A program made the translations under genes and the position numbers. Source: Rhodospirillales bacterium (GTDB lineage: Bacteria > Pseudomonadota > Alphaproteobacteria > Rhodospirillales > CAMCUA01). From it: DNA of 52,570 bases. This document shows positions 29,373 to 38,098 of the stretch, piece after piece (positions within the stretch are counted from its first letter, which is position 1; each line of letters begins with the position of its first letter). The stretch spans positions 1 to 52,570 of the forward strand of contig CANITX010000003.1 of the NCBI GenBank assembly GCA_947470575.1, given 5' to 3'. The notes below the pieces were generated by a model, which had not been told where the DNA came from, made no database searches, and saw only the letters and a program-made list of their open reading frames with translations.

Positions 29373-30600
29373 TGCCGGCCTTCAGGTTGGCGTAGTTCAC
29401 GTCCGCCCAACCGCGCCGTTCCACCGAACGTTCGCTGGCGTCCAGAATGTCGTGGATCTTCAGCGCCTCCTTGAATCCGGGGGCATAGGGCGTGCCGTTG
29501 ACGATGGCCTCGTGGAAAGCGGCCCAGGCCTGCGCCACGTAATAGGCAGCGCGGCCTTCCGGGATGCCGGTCTTGGCTTCGCTGCGCGTCGGAATTTCAT
29601 CGAACAGCCGCTGCAGCCGCTCCGGCGGGATCGGGTCGGCCATGAACTTGTCCATGTCGATGCGGTTGCCGAACAGGCGCAGGCCGCCGCGATTGGGGTC
29701 GCCCTCGCCGGTCTCCTTGCTCCAGCCCTCGGTCGGCGCGAAGGATTGCAGCATCAGCATGCCCTCGGTGCCGTAGACCTCGAAGCGCTCGCCGCTGCCG
29801 AACCAGGCGGCGTTGCTGATGTGCAGCGAACCGCTGATGCCGTTCTCCATTTCCAACAGGAAACCCATGGTGTCGGCTTGGTCGCTTTTGATCGGGGCGC
29901 CGCCGTCCAGCGACGGGCGCTCGGGCACCTTGATCGACATGTCGGCGCAGATGCCGGTGATGTCGCAGCCGAGCACGGCAATGATGCGCTCCAGCCCCAG
30001 GCCACTGCGGTAGCCCGGATGGCCGCTGGAGGCGAGCTGGAAGATCCATTGCCGGTGCGACGGCCGGGGTACGATGTAGTTGCTGCCGTACATGCTGAGA
30101 TTGAACATCAGCGGCTGGCCGATGTAGCCCTCGGCCACTCGGCGCGCCATCTCCATGGCGGCGGGATGGTAGTGCTGCTGGTAGCCGAGCGCCGTCTTGA
30201 CGCCCTTCGCCGTGGCGATGGCGTACATCTCCTCGGCCTGTTTGACACTGATGCCGAGCGGCAGCTCGCAGTAGATGTGCTTGCCGGCCTTCAGCGCCGG
30301 CATCGTCGCCTCGTAGTGGCTGGCCGGACGGACGCAGGTGCAAACCACGTCGATTTCGGGCACCGCCGCGAGCATGCGCTCGACGCTGGCGAAGGCATGC
30401 GGCACGCCGAAGTGCTTAGCCGATTCGTCGGCCGATTCCTGGCGCCGCGTGCAGACGGCGACGACCTCGAAGCGTTCCGGTTGCGCCTTCAGCGCTGGCA
30501 GGTGGCCGCGGATGGCGAAATTCTCTCGCCCGTCGGCGCCATGCGCGAAACCGGCGCCGACGACGGCGACTTTCAATTTCTTCTCGGATGTTTTAGCCAC
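29365..30600 (-). CDS. Gfo/Idh/MocA family oxidoreductase
   Basis: VAVVGAG, AGKHIYCELP and FEVYGTEG; GTG at 30600 follows AGGAGGAG. Confidence 0.85.
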   Translation of the reverse strand: MAKTSEKKLKVAVVGAGFAHGADGRENFAIRGHLPALKAQPERFEVVAVCTRRQESADESAKHFGVPHAFASVERMLAAVPEIDVVCTCVRPASHYEATMPALKAGKHIYCELPLGISVKQAEEMYAIATAKGVKTALGYQQHYHPAAMEMARRVAEGYIGQPLMFNLSMYGSNYIVPRPSHRQWIFQLASSGHPGYRSGLGLERIIAVLGCDITGICADMSIKVPERPSLDGGAPIKSDQADTMGFLLEMENGISGSLHISNAAWFGSGERFEVYGTEGMLMLQSFAPTEGWSKETGEGDPNRGGLRLFGNRIDMDKFMADPIPPERLQRLFDEIPTRSEAKTGIPEGRAAYYVAQAWAAFHEAIVNGTPYAPGFKEALKIHDILDASERSVERRGWADVNYANLKAGSA

Positions 30601-30649
30601 GCGGCTCTCCTCCTGCGCTTTTCGGGGCGGTACCGTGAAACCCACGCCG

Positions 30650-31573
30650 TCACCCATCCTGGCTGGCCAGATAGCGCAGGGCGAGTTCGCGGTCCAGGGC
30701 GTCGATGCGCGGCTGCACGACGGGTGCCGCCGCGGCGCGGAAGGCGGCACGCTCCTCCGGGGTCAGATCGACGAAGCGGGTGCCGCCTTTTTCCAGTTCG
30801 GCGCGGCAGGTCACATCGTCCTCGGCGGCGAAGCGCCGCTGCGCCAGGGTCGCCGCGCGCGCCGCATCGTCCACCGCGTGGCGCAAGTCCGCCGGCCAAT
30901 TCTCGTAGGCCGTCCGGTTGCACAGGAACAAGGCGACGCCAAAGATATGCGCCGACACGGTCACATAGGGGTGATAGGCGTTCAGCCCGAAATGCAGCAG
31001 GTTGGTCAGCGGATTTTCCTGGCCGTCGACCTCGCCGCTGGCGACGACGCGCGGCAGATCCTTGGCATCTGTGACCACCGGCGTGAAGCCGACCGCCGCC
31101 AGCACGTCCTGGTAAATCTGGCTGTTCAGGGTGCGCATGCGCAATCCCCGGCAGTCCTCCGGCCGGCGCAGCGGCCGTCGCGCGTTGCTGAAGTGGCGAA
31201 AGCCGTTGTCCCAGAAGCCGAGCAGCCGAAAGGGCGTCCGCGCCGCGACCTCCGCGCTCAGGCGCGCGCCCACCTCGCCGTCGAGCGCCGCGAAAGCCTT
31301 CGCCCGGTCGTGGATGGCGAACGGCAGGTCGAGGATGCCGAGCAGGGGAACGCTGCCGGCCTGGGCGCTGGAGGCGTAATAACAAAAGCCGATCTCGTTC
31401 GCCGCCAGCATAGCGAACAGATCGGTCGAGGCACGGCCCTGCTGGGTGATATCGGGCATCAGCGCGAGGCTGGCCTCGCCGCTACAGAGCGCCGCCAGCC
31501 GCTCGGCGAACACCCGGCCGGCGCGGGTATGGACCGATGCCTCGGATTGATAGCCTGCGAAGGTGAGGTCCAT
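30650..31573 (-). CDS. TRAP transporter solute-binding protein (DctP family)
   Basis: LDLPF, WDNGFRHF, PEDCRGLRMR and VDGQENP motifs. No obvious signal peptide; start at 31573 or 31579. Confidence 0.85.
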   Translation of the reverse strand: MDLTFAGYQSEASVHTRAGRVFAERLAALCSGEASLALMPDITQQGRASTDLFAMLAANEIGFCYYASSAQAGSVPLLGILDLPFAIHDRAKAFAALDGEVGARLSAEVAARTPFRLLGFWDNGFRHFSNARRPLRRPEDCRGLRMRTLNSQIYQDVLAAVGFTPVVTDAKDLPRVVASGEVDGQENPLTNLLHFGLNAYHPYVTVSAHIFGVALFLCNRTAYENWPADLRHAVDDAARAATLAQRRFAAEDDVTCRAELEKGGTRFVDLTPEERAAFRAAAAPVVQPRIDALDRELALRYLASQDG

Positions 31574-31691
31574 CGGCATGTACCGGGGTTTCAAGGGATC
31601 GGGAAGGTTTGGGGACCGGGAAGGCTTGGGCCGAACGGCACCATCATCTATATGAGATGATCGTTCGACACGAAGCAAGAAGGAGCACGCG

Positions 31692-32174
31692 ATGGGTCTT
31701 CGCTTCATGGAGCATATCCTGATCCTCACCGACGATCCCGACGGCACGCGGGATTGGTGGTGCAAGGTGCTGGGCATGCGTGCCGGGGATCATCCGGAAT
31801 TCGGCTTTCCGGTACACTGGCTTTATATCGGCGATCAGGACGTGGTGCACATCGGCCAAGCCAAATTCTCCGCCCACCAGGACACCTACCTGAAGACGCC
31901 GAAGGACACCGACCTCGACGTCCCCGACGGCAGGCGCGGCAGCGGGCGCATCGATCACGTCTGCTTCAATTGCGATGACATGCCGGGTTTTCTCGCCCGC
32001 CTGACGGCCAACGACGTGGCCTTTAGCGAACGCAAGGCGCACAACTCCGACCTCTATCAGATTTTTTTCCGCGACCCGATCAACGGCATCAAGGTCGAGC
32101 TCAATTTCTCGGCCGAGGAAGCCGTGCGCGCCGGCCGCGTGCCGTCCTGGACGAGTACCGGCGCGACCGCGTGA
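31692..32174 (+). CDS. VOC (glyoxalase/bleomycin resistance) family protein
   Basis: EHILI, VVHI, IDHVCF and FFRDP.NGIKVEL; AGGAG RBS. Confidence 0.88.
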   Translation: MGLRFMEHILILTDDPDGTRDWWCKVLGMRAGDHPEFGFPVHWLYIGDQDVVHIGQAKFSAHQDTYLKTPKDTDLDVPDGRRGSGRIDHVCFNCDDMPGFLARLTANDVAFSERKAHNSDLYQIFFRDPINGIKVELNFSAEEAVRAGRVPSWTSTGATA

Positions 32175-32202
32175 CGGGCGTTACGTTACGGCGCGGGCTC
32201 AT

Positions 32203-32292
32203 CCTTCGAGACGGGCCTGCGGCCCTCCTCAGGATGAGGATTCGCTTTTTAACCTCACCCTGAGGAGGCCGCGTCAGCGGCCGTCTCGAAGG
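32203..32292. repeat. REP/BIME-like composite palindromic element between convergent genes
   Basis: CCTTCGAGACG-hairpin-CTCCTCAGGATGAGG, a 13-nt spacer, then the inverted copy CCTCACCCTGAGGAG-hairpin-CGTCTCGAAGG. Confidence 0.8.
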
Positions 32293-32311
32293 GTCGGCCG
32301 GCGCCGCGACG

Positions 32312-33397
32312 TCAGCCGAGCGGCTGTATGCCCAATTCTCCGGCCAGTTTGTCCAACACCCGGCGCAATTCGGTATGGATCGGAATGCCGCCGGTCCGCC
32401 GTTCTAGGGTGATCCGTGCCAGCCGCTCGCCGGGTAAGCGGATTTCCGTCACTCCCGGCAACAGGTCGGACGACTTCATGGTGTCCCAGATGTCGTCGAC
32501 GCCTTGTTTGAATTCGTCGACATCGCAGAAGGCCGCGATGTCGATGGCGACGACGAAATGGCCGGTGTTGGTCACCGTCTTGCTGTCGGCGTTGAAGTCG
32601 ACCACGTCGCGGCCGAAGGCGGCACCGTTCAGCGTTCCGGCCAGCAGCCCGAACATCAAGGCCAAGCCATAGCCCTTCGGCCCGCCGATCGGCAGCAGGA
32701 AGCCGTCGTTGGAGCGCTTCGGATCGGTCAGCGGCTGGCCCTGGCGGTCGATCATCCAGCCTTCGGGCATGGTCTCGTTGCGCTGTGCCTTGGTTTTTAC
32801 CTTGCCATAGGCCGCCACCGTGGTCGCCATGTCGAGCACCATCGGCGGATGCTTCTTGCCGGGCACCGCGATGGCGATGGGATTGGTGCTGAGCAGCATG
32901 TCGATGCCGCCCCACGGCGGCAGATGATTGGCGCTGCCGACGGCGACGTAAAGCCCGATCATGTCGTGGGCCAGCGGCATGCGGGCATAGAGCGAGGCGG
33001 GGCCCGCGTGATTGCTGTGATGCGCGCCGACCCAGGCGATGCCGGCGGTCTTCGCCTTGGCGATGGCGATCTCGGCGGCGCGGCTCATCACCAGATGGCC
33101 GAGCGCATTGTCGCCGTCGAGCAGCGCCATGGCCGTGCGCTCGCGGTCGATCTTGATCTGCGGATGAGTGTTGATGCCGCCGTCGCGGATGCGCTTCACG
33201 TATTGCGCCAGCCGGAAGACGCCATGGCCCTCCGAGCCGATGGCGTCGGCTTCCGCCATCAACGTGGCCGCCCGTCGCGCCCCGCCGGCCTCGACCCCGA
33301 CGGCAACGAAGGCCGCCGCGATGAAGTCGGTCAGCTTGCCTTCCGTCACCACCAGCGGCGACGATGCCTTGTCCCCATGACCCGCTGTATCCGGCAT
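32312..33397 (-). CDS. Ldh_2 family (malate/lactate/sulfolactate/ureidoglycolate-type) dehydrogenase
   Basis: GHGVFRL, LDGDNALG, SNHAG, STNPIA, LDMATT, GGPKGYGL and IRLPGE; GGGAG RBS. Confidence 0.9.
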   Translation of the reverse strand: MPDTAGHGDKASSPLVVTEGKLTDFIAAAFVAVGVEAGGARRAATLMAEADAIGSEGHGVFRLAQYVKRIRDGGINTHPQIKIDRERTAMALLDGDNALGHLVMSRAAEIAIAKAKTAGIAWVGAHHSNHAGPASLYARMPLAHDMIGLYVAVGSANHLPPWGGIDMLLSTNPIAIAVPGKKHPPMVLDMATTVAAYGKVKTKAQRNETMPEGWMIDRQGQPLTDPKRSNDGFLLPIGGPKGYGLALMFGLLAGTLNGAAFGRDVVDFNADSKTVTNTGHFVVAIDIAAFCDVDEFKQGVDDIWDTMKSSDLLPGVTEIRLPGERLARITLERRTGGIPIHTELRRVLDKLAGELGIQPLG

Positions 33398-33704
33398 CGC
33401 ATTTCTCCCTTGTCTCGACCCTGCCGCCAAGCTTGGACAGGCAAATCGATATACGGCAACCGCCGACCCCCGACAATCGCCCCCGGCCAACTCCAGCCGA
33501 ACGATCTTGACTCCGTCTGGCACTGGCAGAAGAGTCGGAAACTCAACAGGAGCGCTGCGTTCCGCAGCCGCCGCTCAAAATCAATCGGCGCGGACGCCAT
33601 AAGGCAAGGTTCAATGTTGCAGACGATGAGTGCCGCGTCGCTGCATGACGCCGGGCGCTTGTGGGCACAGCCGTCATCGCTGCGACCGTCTGGAGGATCG
33701 GGAT

Positions 33705-35180
33705 GTGCCGCTTCGTCGTCGCATCGCGCCGTTCGCCATCGCCATGAGCCTGTTGAGCTATATCGTCCTGCCGGTACCTGACGCGACCGCCCAGTCCAGC
33801 GGCAGCCTGCCGAACGCCAAATGGATTACCGTGGTCCTCGCTTCCGAGCCCGACACTCTGGACGGCTGTCAGGCGCTGCGCTCCAGCGCCGGGCCGGTGA
33901 TCATGCAGAACGTCGTGGAAACCCTGACCGACGTCGATCCGAAGACCGGCGTCATCAAGCCGCGCCTCGCCACCGCCTGGCAGGCTATCGACCACAAGAC
34001 CTGGCGCTTCACCTTGCGCCGGGGCTTGACCTTCCACGACGGCGCGCCGTTCAACGCGGCCAGCACCATCAAGGCGCTGCAACGCACCCTGACCAAGGAA
34101 TTCACCAGCAACCAACCGCTGCCGATCCGGCCCCTGCAGATGTCGACGCTGACCGTGACCTCGCCGAACACGGTGATGGACAAGATGTCGCTCGAACCCG
34201 TCGGCACTGGCCCCTACGTTTTCGCCGGTTGGTCGGCGGGCAGCGAGATCAAGCTGAAGCGCAACGAAAAATATTGGGGCAACAAACCGCCGGTCGAAGG
34301 TGTGCGCTATGTCTGGCGTGCCGAATCGGCGGTGCGTGCCGCCATGGTCAAGATCGGCGAGGCCGACATATCGCCCAACATCGCGGTCCAGGACGCCAAG
34401 GAGCCGGCGATGGACTACAGCTTCCTCAATTCCGAAACCACCTTCATGCGCATCGACACCAGCCGCAAGCCGCTGGACGACGTTCGCGTTCGTCGCGCCC
34501 TGAACTATGCCTTCGACCGTCACACGGTGCGCGGCAGCATCCTGTCGAAGGATATCGTGCACGCCACCCAGGCGGTGGTGCCGACCATGGCCGGCCACAA
34601 CCACGATCTCGACAAGCGGGTGATGCCCTACGACCCGGCCAAGGCGCGCCAGCTTTTGGCAGAGGCCAAGGCCGCCGGTACGCCGGTCGATAACGAAATC
34701 ACCATCCTGGGCGTGCCCGCGCTCTATCCCAACGCCGCCGAAACGGCCGAGGCGATGCAGGCCATGTACAAGGCGGCCGGGTTCAACATCAAGCTGCGCA
34801 ACATCGACCGCAGCGAGTCGCGCAACCTGACGGTCAAGCCGTTTGCCGAAGATCGCGGCCCGGTGCTGTTTCAAAGTTCGCACGACAACGACAAAGGCGA
34901 TCCGGTGTTCTCCGCTTTCACCCGTTTCGCCTGCGACGGCGTCCAGTCGATGTCGTGCATGCCCGAACTCGACAAGCTGATCGCCGATGCCACTGTGATG
35001 GCCGGCGAGAAGCGGATCAAAGCCTGGGAGGACGTCTTCCGCATCGTCTATGACGATCTCGTGCCCTGGGTCTTCATGTATCACATGGTCGGCTATTCCC
35101 GCGTCGGCGCCCGGGTCAATTTCGCCCCGACCTCGTCGACCAATACGCAAGTGGAAATCGCCACGGTGATGTTCAAGTAA
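33705..35180 (+). CDS. Family-5 ABC solute-binding protein with an in-frame internal deletion
   Basis: Paralog of the 9440 and 11101 genes; GTG at 33705 follows GGAGG; about 26 aa are missing near nt 34105. Confidence 0.85.
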   Translation: MPLRRRIAPFAIAMSLLSYIVLPVPDATAQSSGSLPNAKWITVVLASEPDTLDGCQALRSSAGPVIMQNVVETLTDVDPKTGVIKPRLATAWQAIDHKTWRFTLRRGLTFHDGAPFNAASTIKALQRTLTKEFTSNQPLPIRPLQMSTLTVTSPNTVMDKMSLEPVGTGPYVFAGWSAGSEIKLKRNEKYWGNKPPVEGVRYVWRAESAVRAAMVKIGEADISPNIAVQDAKEPAMDYSFLNSETTFMRIDTSRKPLDDVRVRRALNYAFDRHTVRGSILSKDIVHATQAVVPTMAGHNHDLDKRVMPYDPAKARQLLAEAKAAGTPVDNEITILGVPALYPNAAETAEAMQAMYKAAGFNIKLRNIDRSESRNLTVKPFAEDRGPVLFQSSHDNDKGDPVFSAFTRFACDGVQSMSCMPELDKLIADATVMAGEKRIKAWEDVFRIVYDDLVPWVFMYHMVGYSRVGARVNFAPTSSTNTQVEIATVMFK

Positions 35181-35270
35181 GATGCCCGGTTTTATGGCCG
35201 GCCGCCCGGATTGACTCGCTCGGTCACTCCTGTAAAAAAGTTTTGCGGTGCCCTGCTCAGGAGAAGCCAG

Positions 35271-36284
35271 ATGACCGACATCTACCGCCAGCGCATCGAC
35301 CATCCCGCCGCCTGGACCAGCCGGGCCATTGGCGGCAAGGAAGGGCTGATGCTGCGTCTCGCGCCCAAGCATCTGGCCGGCTTCGATGCGATCCTGGCCA
35401 AGACCCGCCACCTCAAGCCGCAGGAAGTGACCCGGCGGGAATTCGATCATCCCGACGTCAATCCGCTGCTGGCCGAGGTATTGCGCATCGTCCAGGACGG
35501 CCGCGGTGCGGTGATCGTCGCCGGCATCGAACACGCCCGCTATTCCGAAGAAGAGTTCGAACGCATCTACTGGGGCTTCGGCACCCATTGGGGCGAAGCG
35601 GCGACGCAAAGCGCCTTCGGCGACCGGTTGGGCCGCGTCACCCACGTTCCGGTCGGCCCCGACAATCCGACCAATCGCGGTTACAAGGGCAGGGACGAAT
35701 TGTTCCTGCACACCGACAATCACGAAATCGTCGGCCTGATGTGTATCCACAAGGCGGCGAAAGGCGGCTTCAGCGTCCTCGCCAGCTCGCAGGCGATCTA
35801 CAACGAAATACTCGCCACCCGGCCCGATCTGTTGCCGGCTCTCTACGAAGGCTACCCCATGGCGACCCGCGAGGCGTCGACGAGCGCCAAGCCGGTAACC
35901 GAATATAAAGTGCCGGTCTTTTCCCTGGTCGGCGGCAAGGTCAGTTGCTTGTACAACCGCGAATTCTTCGACCGTGCCGCCAACCTGCGTGGCGACCGTC
36001 CGGCCGATTTCAGCGAAGCCATGGCGCTTTACAACGCCATCGCCGACAATCCCGACGTCCATGCCGAATTCATGTTGGAGCCGGGCGAAATGATGTTCTT
36101 CAACAACTACACCATGCTGCACGCCCGCCGCCCGTTCGAAGACGCATCCGACCGGCCGCAGCGCAGCCTGTTGCGCCTATGGGTGACGCCGCCCGAAGGC
36201 CGGCGCCGGCCGGTGATCGAGGTCTACCGCCGCAAGGCAGGCTCCTATGGCCCCGGCCCCAAGGTGCCGACAATGGCGGGATGA
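35271..36284 (+). CDS. TauD/TfdA superfamily dioxygenase (different subfamily from the other four)
   Basis: LFLHTD, GGFS, LEPGEMMFFNNYTMLHAR and RSLLRLW; AGGAG RBS. Confidence 0.9.
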   Translation: MTDIYRQRIDHPAAWTSRAIGGKEGLMLRLAPKHLAGFDAILAKTRHLKPQEVTRREFDHPDVNPLLAEVLRIVQDGRGAVIVAGIEHARYSEEEFERIYWGFGTHWGEAATQSAFGDRLGRVTHVPVGPDNPTNRGYKGRDELFLHTDNHEIVGLMCIHKAAKGGFSVLASSQAIYNEILATRPDLLPALYEGYPMATREASTSAKPVTEYKVPVFSLVGGKVSCLYNREFFDRAANLRGDRPADFSEAMALYNAIADNPDVHAEFMLEPGEMMFFNNYTMLHARRPFEDASDRPQRSLLRLWVTPPEGRRRPVIEVYRRKAGSYGPGPKVPTMAG

Positions 36285-36338
36285 GCCTCCCGGTTCTAAC
36301 GCTTCGCATCGCCGGAGTCGTGGCGTAAGCTGACGTCC

Positions 36339-36968
36339 ATGGCATCGAGCGGGCCGATGAACAAACCTTCGAGCGAAAGCTGGGCCGCCTATTATGCGCG
36401 GACGGGTAACCGTCCGCCGCGCCGCACGCTCCTGGTGGCGCTCAATCGCTTCGCCGCCGATCCCGGTTCGGAAGGGGCCAAATTCGCCATTGACCTCGGC
36501 TGCGGCAATGGCCGCGACACCGTCGAGTTGCTGCGCCGCGGCTGGTCGGTGCTGGCCATCGATGCTGAGGCCAAGGCCATCGAAGGCTTGCGCCAACGCC
36601 CCGACCTGCCGCCCGATGCCAAGCTGGAAACCCGCACTGTGCGCTTCGAAGACGCGCTGCTGCCGACCGCCGATCTGGTCAATTCCAGTTTCGCCCTGTC
36701 GTTGCAGCCGCCATCGGCCTTCCCCGCCACCTGGCAGCGCATCGTCCGCGCCGTGCGTCCGGGCGGGCGCATCGCCTGCCAGCTTTACGGCGTGCGCGAC
36801 GAATGGGCCGGCGATCCGACCATCACCTTCTTCACCCGCGACGGCATCGAGGAACTGCTGGCCCCGCTCGCCTGGGAACTGATGGACGAGGAGGAGACGG
36901 ATTCCGTCACCCCGCGCGGCAAGCCCAAGCACTGGCACATCTTCCACATCGTGGCGCGCAAGCCCTGA
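36339..36968 (+). CDS. Class I SAM-dependent methyltransferase (TehB-like)
   Basis: AIDLGCGNGRD, VLAID and VRPGG motifs. Confidence 0.88.
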   Translation: MASSGPMNKPSSESWAAYYARTGNRPPRRTLLVALNRFAADPGSEGAKFAIDLGCGNGRDTVELLRRGWSVLAIDAEAKAIEGLRQRPDLPPDAKLETRTVRFEDALLPTADLVNSSFALSLQPPSAFPATWQRIVRAVRPGGRIACQLYGVRDEWAGDPTITFFTRDGIEELLAPLAWELMDEEETDSVTPRGKPKHWHIFHIVARKP

Positions 36969-36976
36969 ACGCGAAA

Positions 36977-37009
36977 CGCCCCGACATCGTCGGATGCCGG
37001 GGCGCTTTT
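36977..37009. terminator. Probable bidirectional intrinsic terminator
   Basis: Stem CGCCCCGACATC/GATGCCGGGGCG flanked by AAA and TTTT, between convergent stop codons. Confidence 0.65.
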
Positions 37010-37028
37010 CGTTAATCGGGAACCGGCT

Positions 37029-37898
37029 TCAGAACGGCTTATCGCCGCGCACCAACGTGCGATAGAGCATCCGGTGCTGATTGGGGTCGTAATCGAAGCC
37101 GGCCTTGTGCAGGGCCGAGCGGTTGTCCCAGATCAGCATGTCGCCCAGCTTCCACTGGTGGACATAGGTGAACTCCGGCTTCACCAGATGGGTGTAGGTA
37201 AGATCGCGCAGGAATTCCTGCGATTCCTCGGGGCTCATGCCGACGATGTTCTCGGTCTTGTTCGGGTGGAACCATACCGCCTTGCTGCCGTTCACCGGAT
37301 GGGTGCGCACCAGCGGATGGATCGGCGAGGGCGCCTTGTAGTTCTTCTGGTCTTCCAGGGTGTCGGGGTTGCGGTTCTTCGTCGCGCTGCCGGCCAGCAG
37401 GTTCACCGTCTTCATGCCGGTGATCTTCCTTTTCAAATCCTCCGGCAGCGCCTCGTAAGCCGCGCGCGTGTTGCAGAGCGAGGTTCCGCCGCCCCGGTCC
37501 GGCAGTTCCACCGGGTAGAGCGAGGTGTAATTCGGCGGCAACACCTGGTTGGTGTGGTCGGTATGCCATGAAGAGCTTTGCGCCGTCTTCGCCTGGCTGC
37601 CCTGGCTGTTCTTGAAGCGGTTCGACAGCACGCTGACCAGCGGCACGCCCTCGGCCAGATAGCGCCGGTTCTGGTCTTCCATGACCTCGCCGAACAGGCT
37701 GACGGCGCCCAGGTATTCGGCCGGGGTGAAGGTCTGGCCGCGGATGCAAAGCGCGATGTTCTCTTCGAGTGCGTCGATCAGCTGCCGGCGGGTCGCTTCG
37801 CTAACCGGCTGGCGAAGGTCGAGGCCGCTTACCTCGACGCCGACATTGGGGGACAGCTTGTCGAACCGCAGTTTCGGTTCCTATGCGATGACATTCAT
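37029..37898 (-). pseudogene. TauD/TfdA dioxygenase gene with an in-frame TAG at codon 6
   Basis: AGGAG RBS, then ATG AAT GTC ATC GCA TAG GAA CCG AAA CTG CGG TTC..., continuing in frame through LSPNVGVEVSGLDL, WHTDHTN and WDNRSALH. Confidence 0.75.
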
Positions 37899-38098
37899 GG
37901 GCCGCTCTCCTGGCAGGGATGGGAATGGCACGAGTTTGCCGCAGCAATTCCGCCCCGATGCGACGTCGGGTGCCCGCGTGACACCAGGATTATTTGGCCG
38001 GCAGCCCAGGGCCGGAACGCCGGTTCTACGTATAGATTATCGATAATCGACGGCGGCGGGAAGTCCTCTCTGCGCCGCACGGAAGGAAGCGTCCTGTC

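Noticed and set aside
32203-32292. CRISPR array or IS element ends
   Set aside because: There are only two units, they are inverted rather than direct repeats with spacers, and no cas or transposase gene is in the window.
33543-36122. 859-aa antisense ORF, and many similar long shadow ORFs in the window
   Set aside because: It lies opposite clear genes and has no recognisable motifs; such ORFs are expected from high-GC codon bias.
37881-37883. Amber recoding (pyrrolysine or an alternative genetic code)
   Set aside because: TAG terminates several other genes here (e.g. at 14629, 38099, 45432), and no pyl genes are visible.
37926-37939. Sigma-54-like TGGCACGAGTTTGC
   Set aside because: The GG-GC spacing is 9 rather than 10 nt, and it is on the wrong strand for the adjacent TauD gene.
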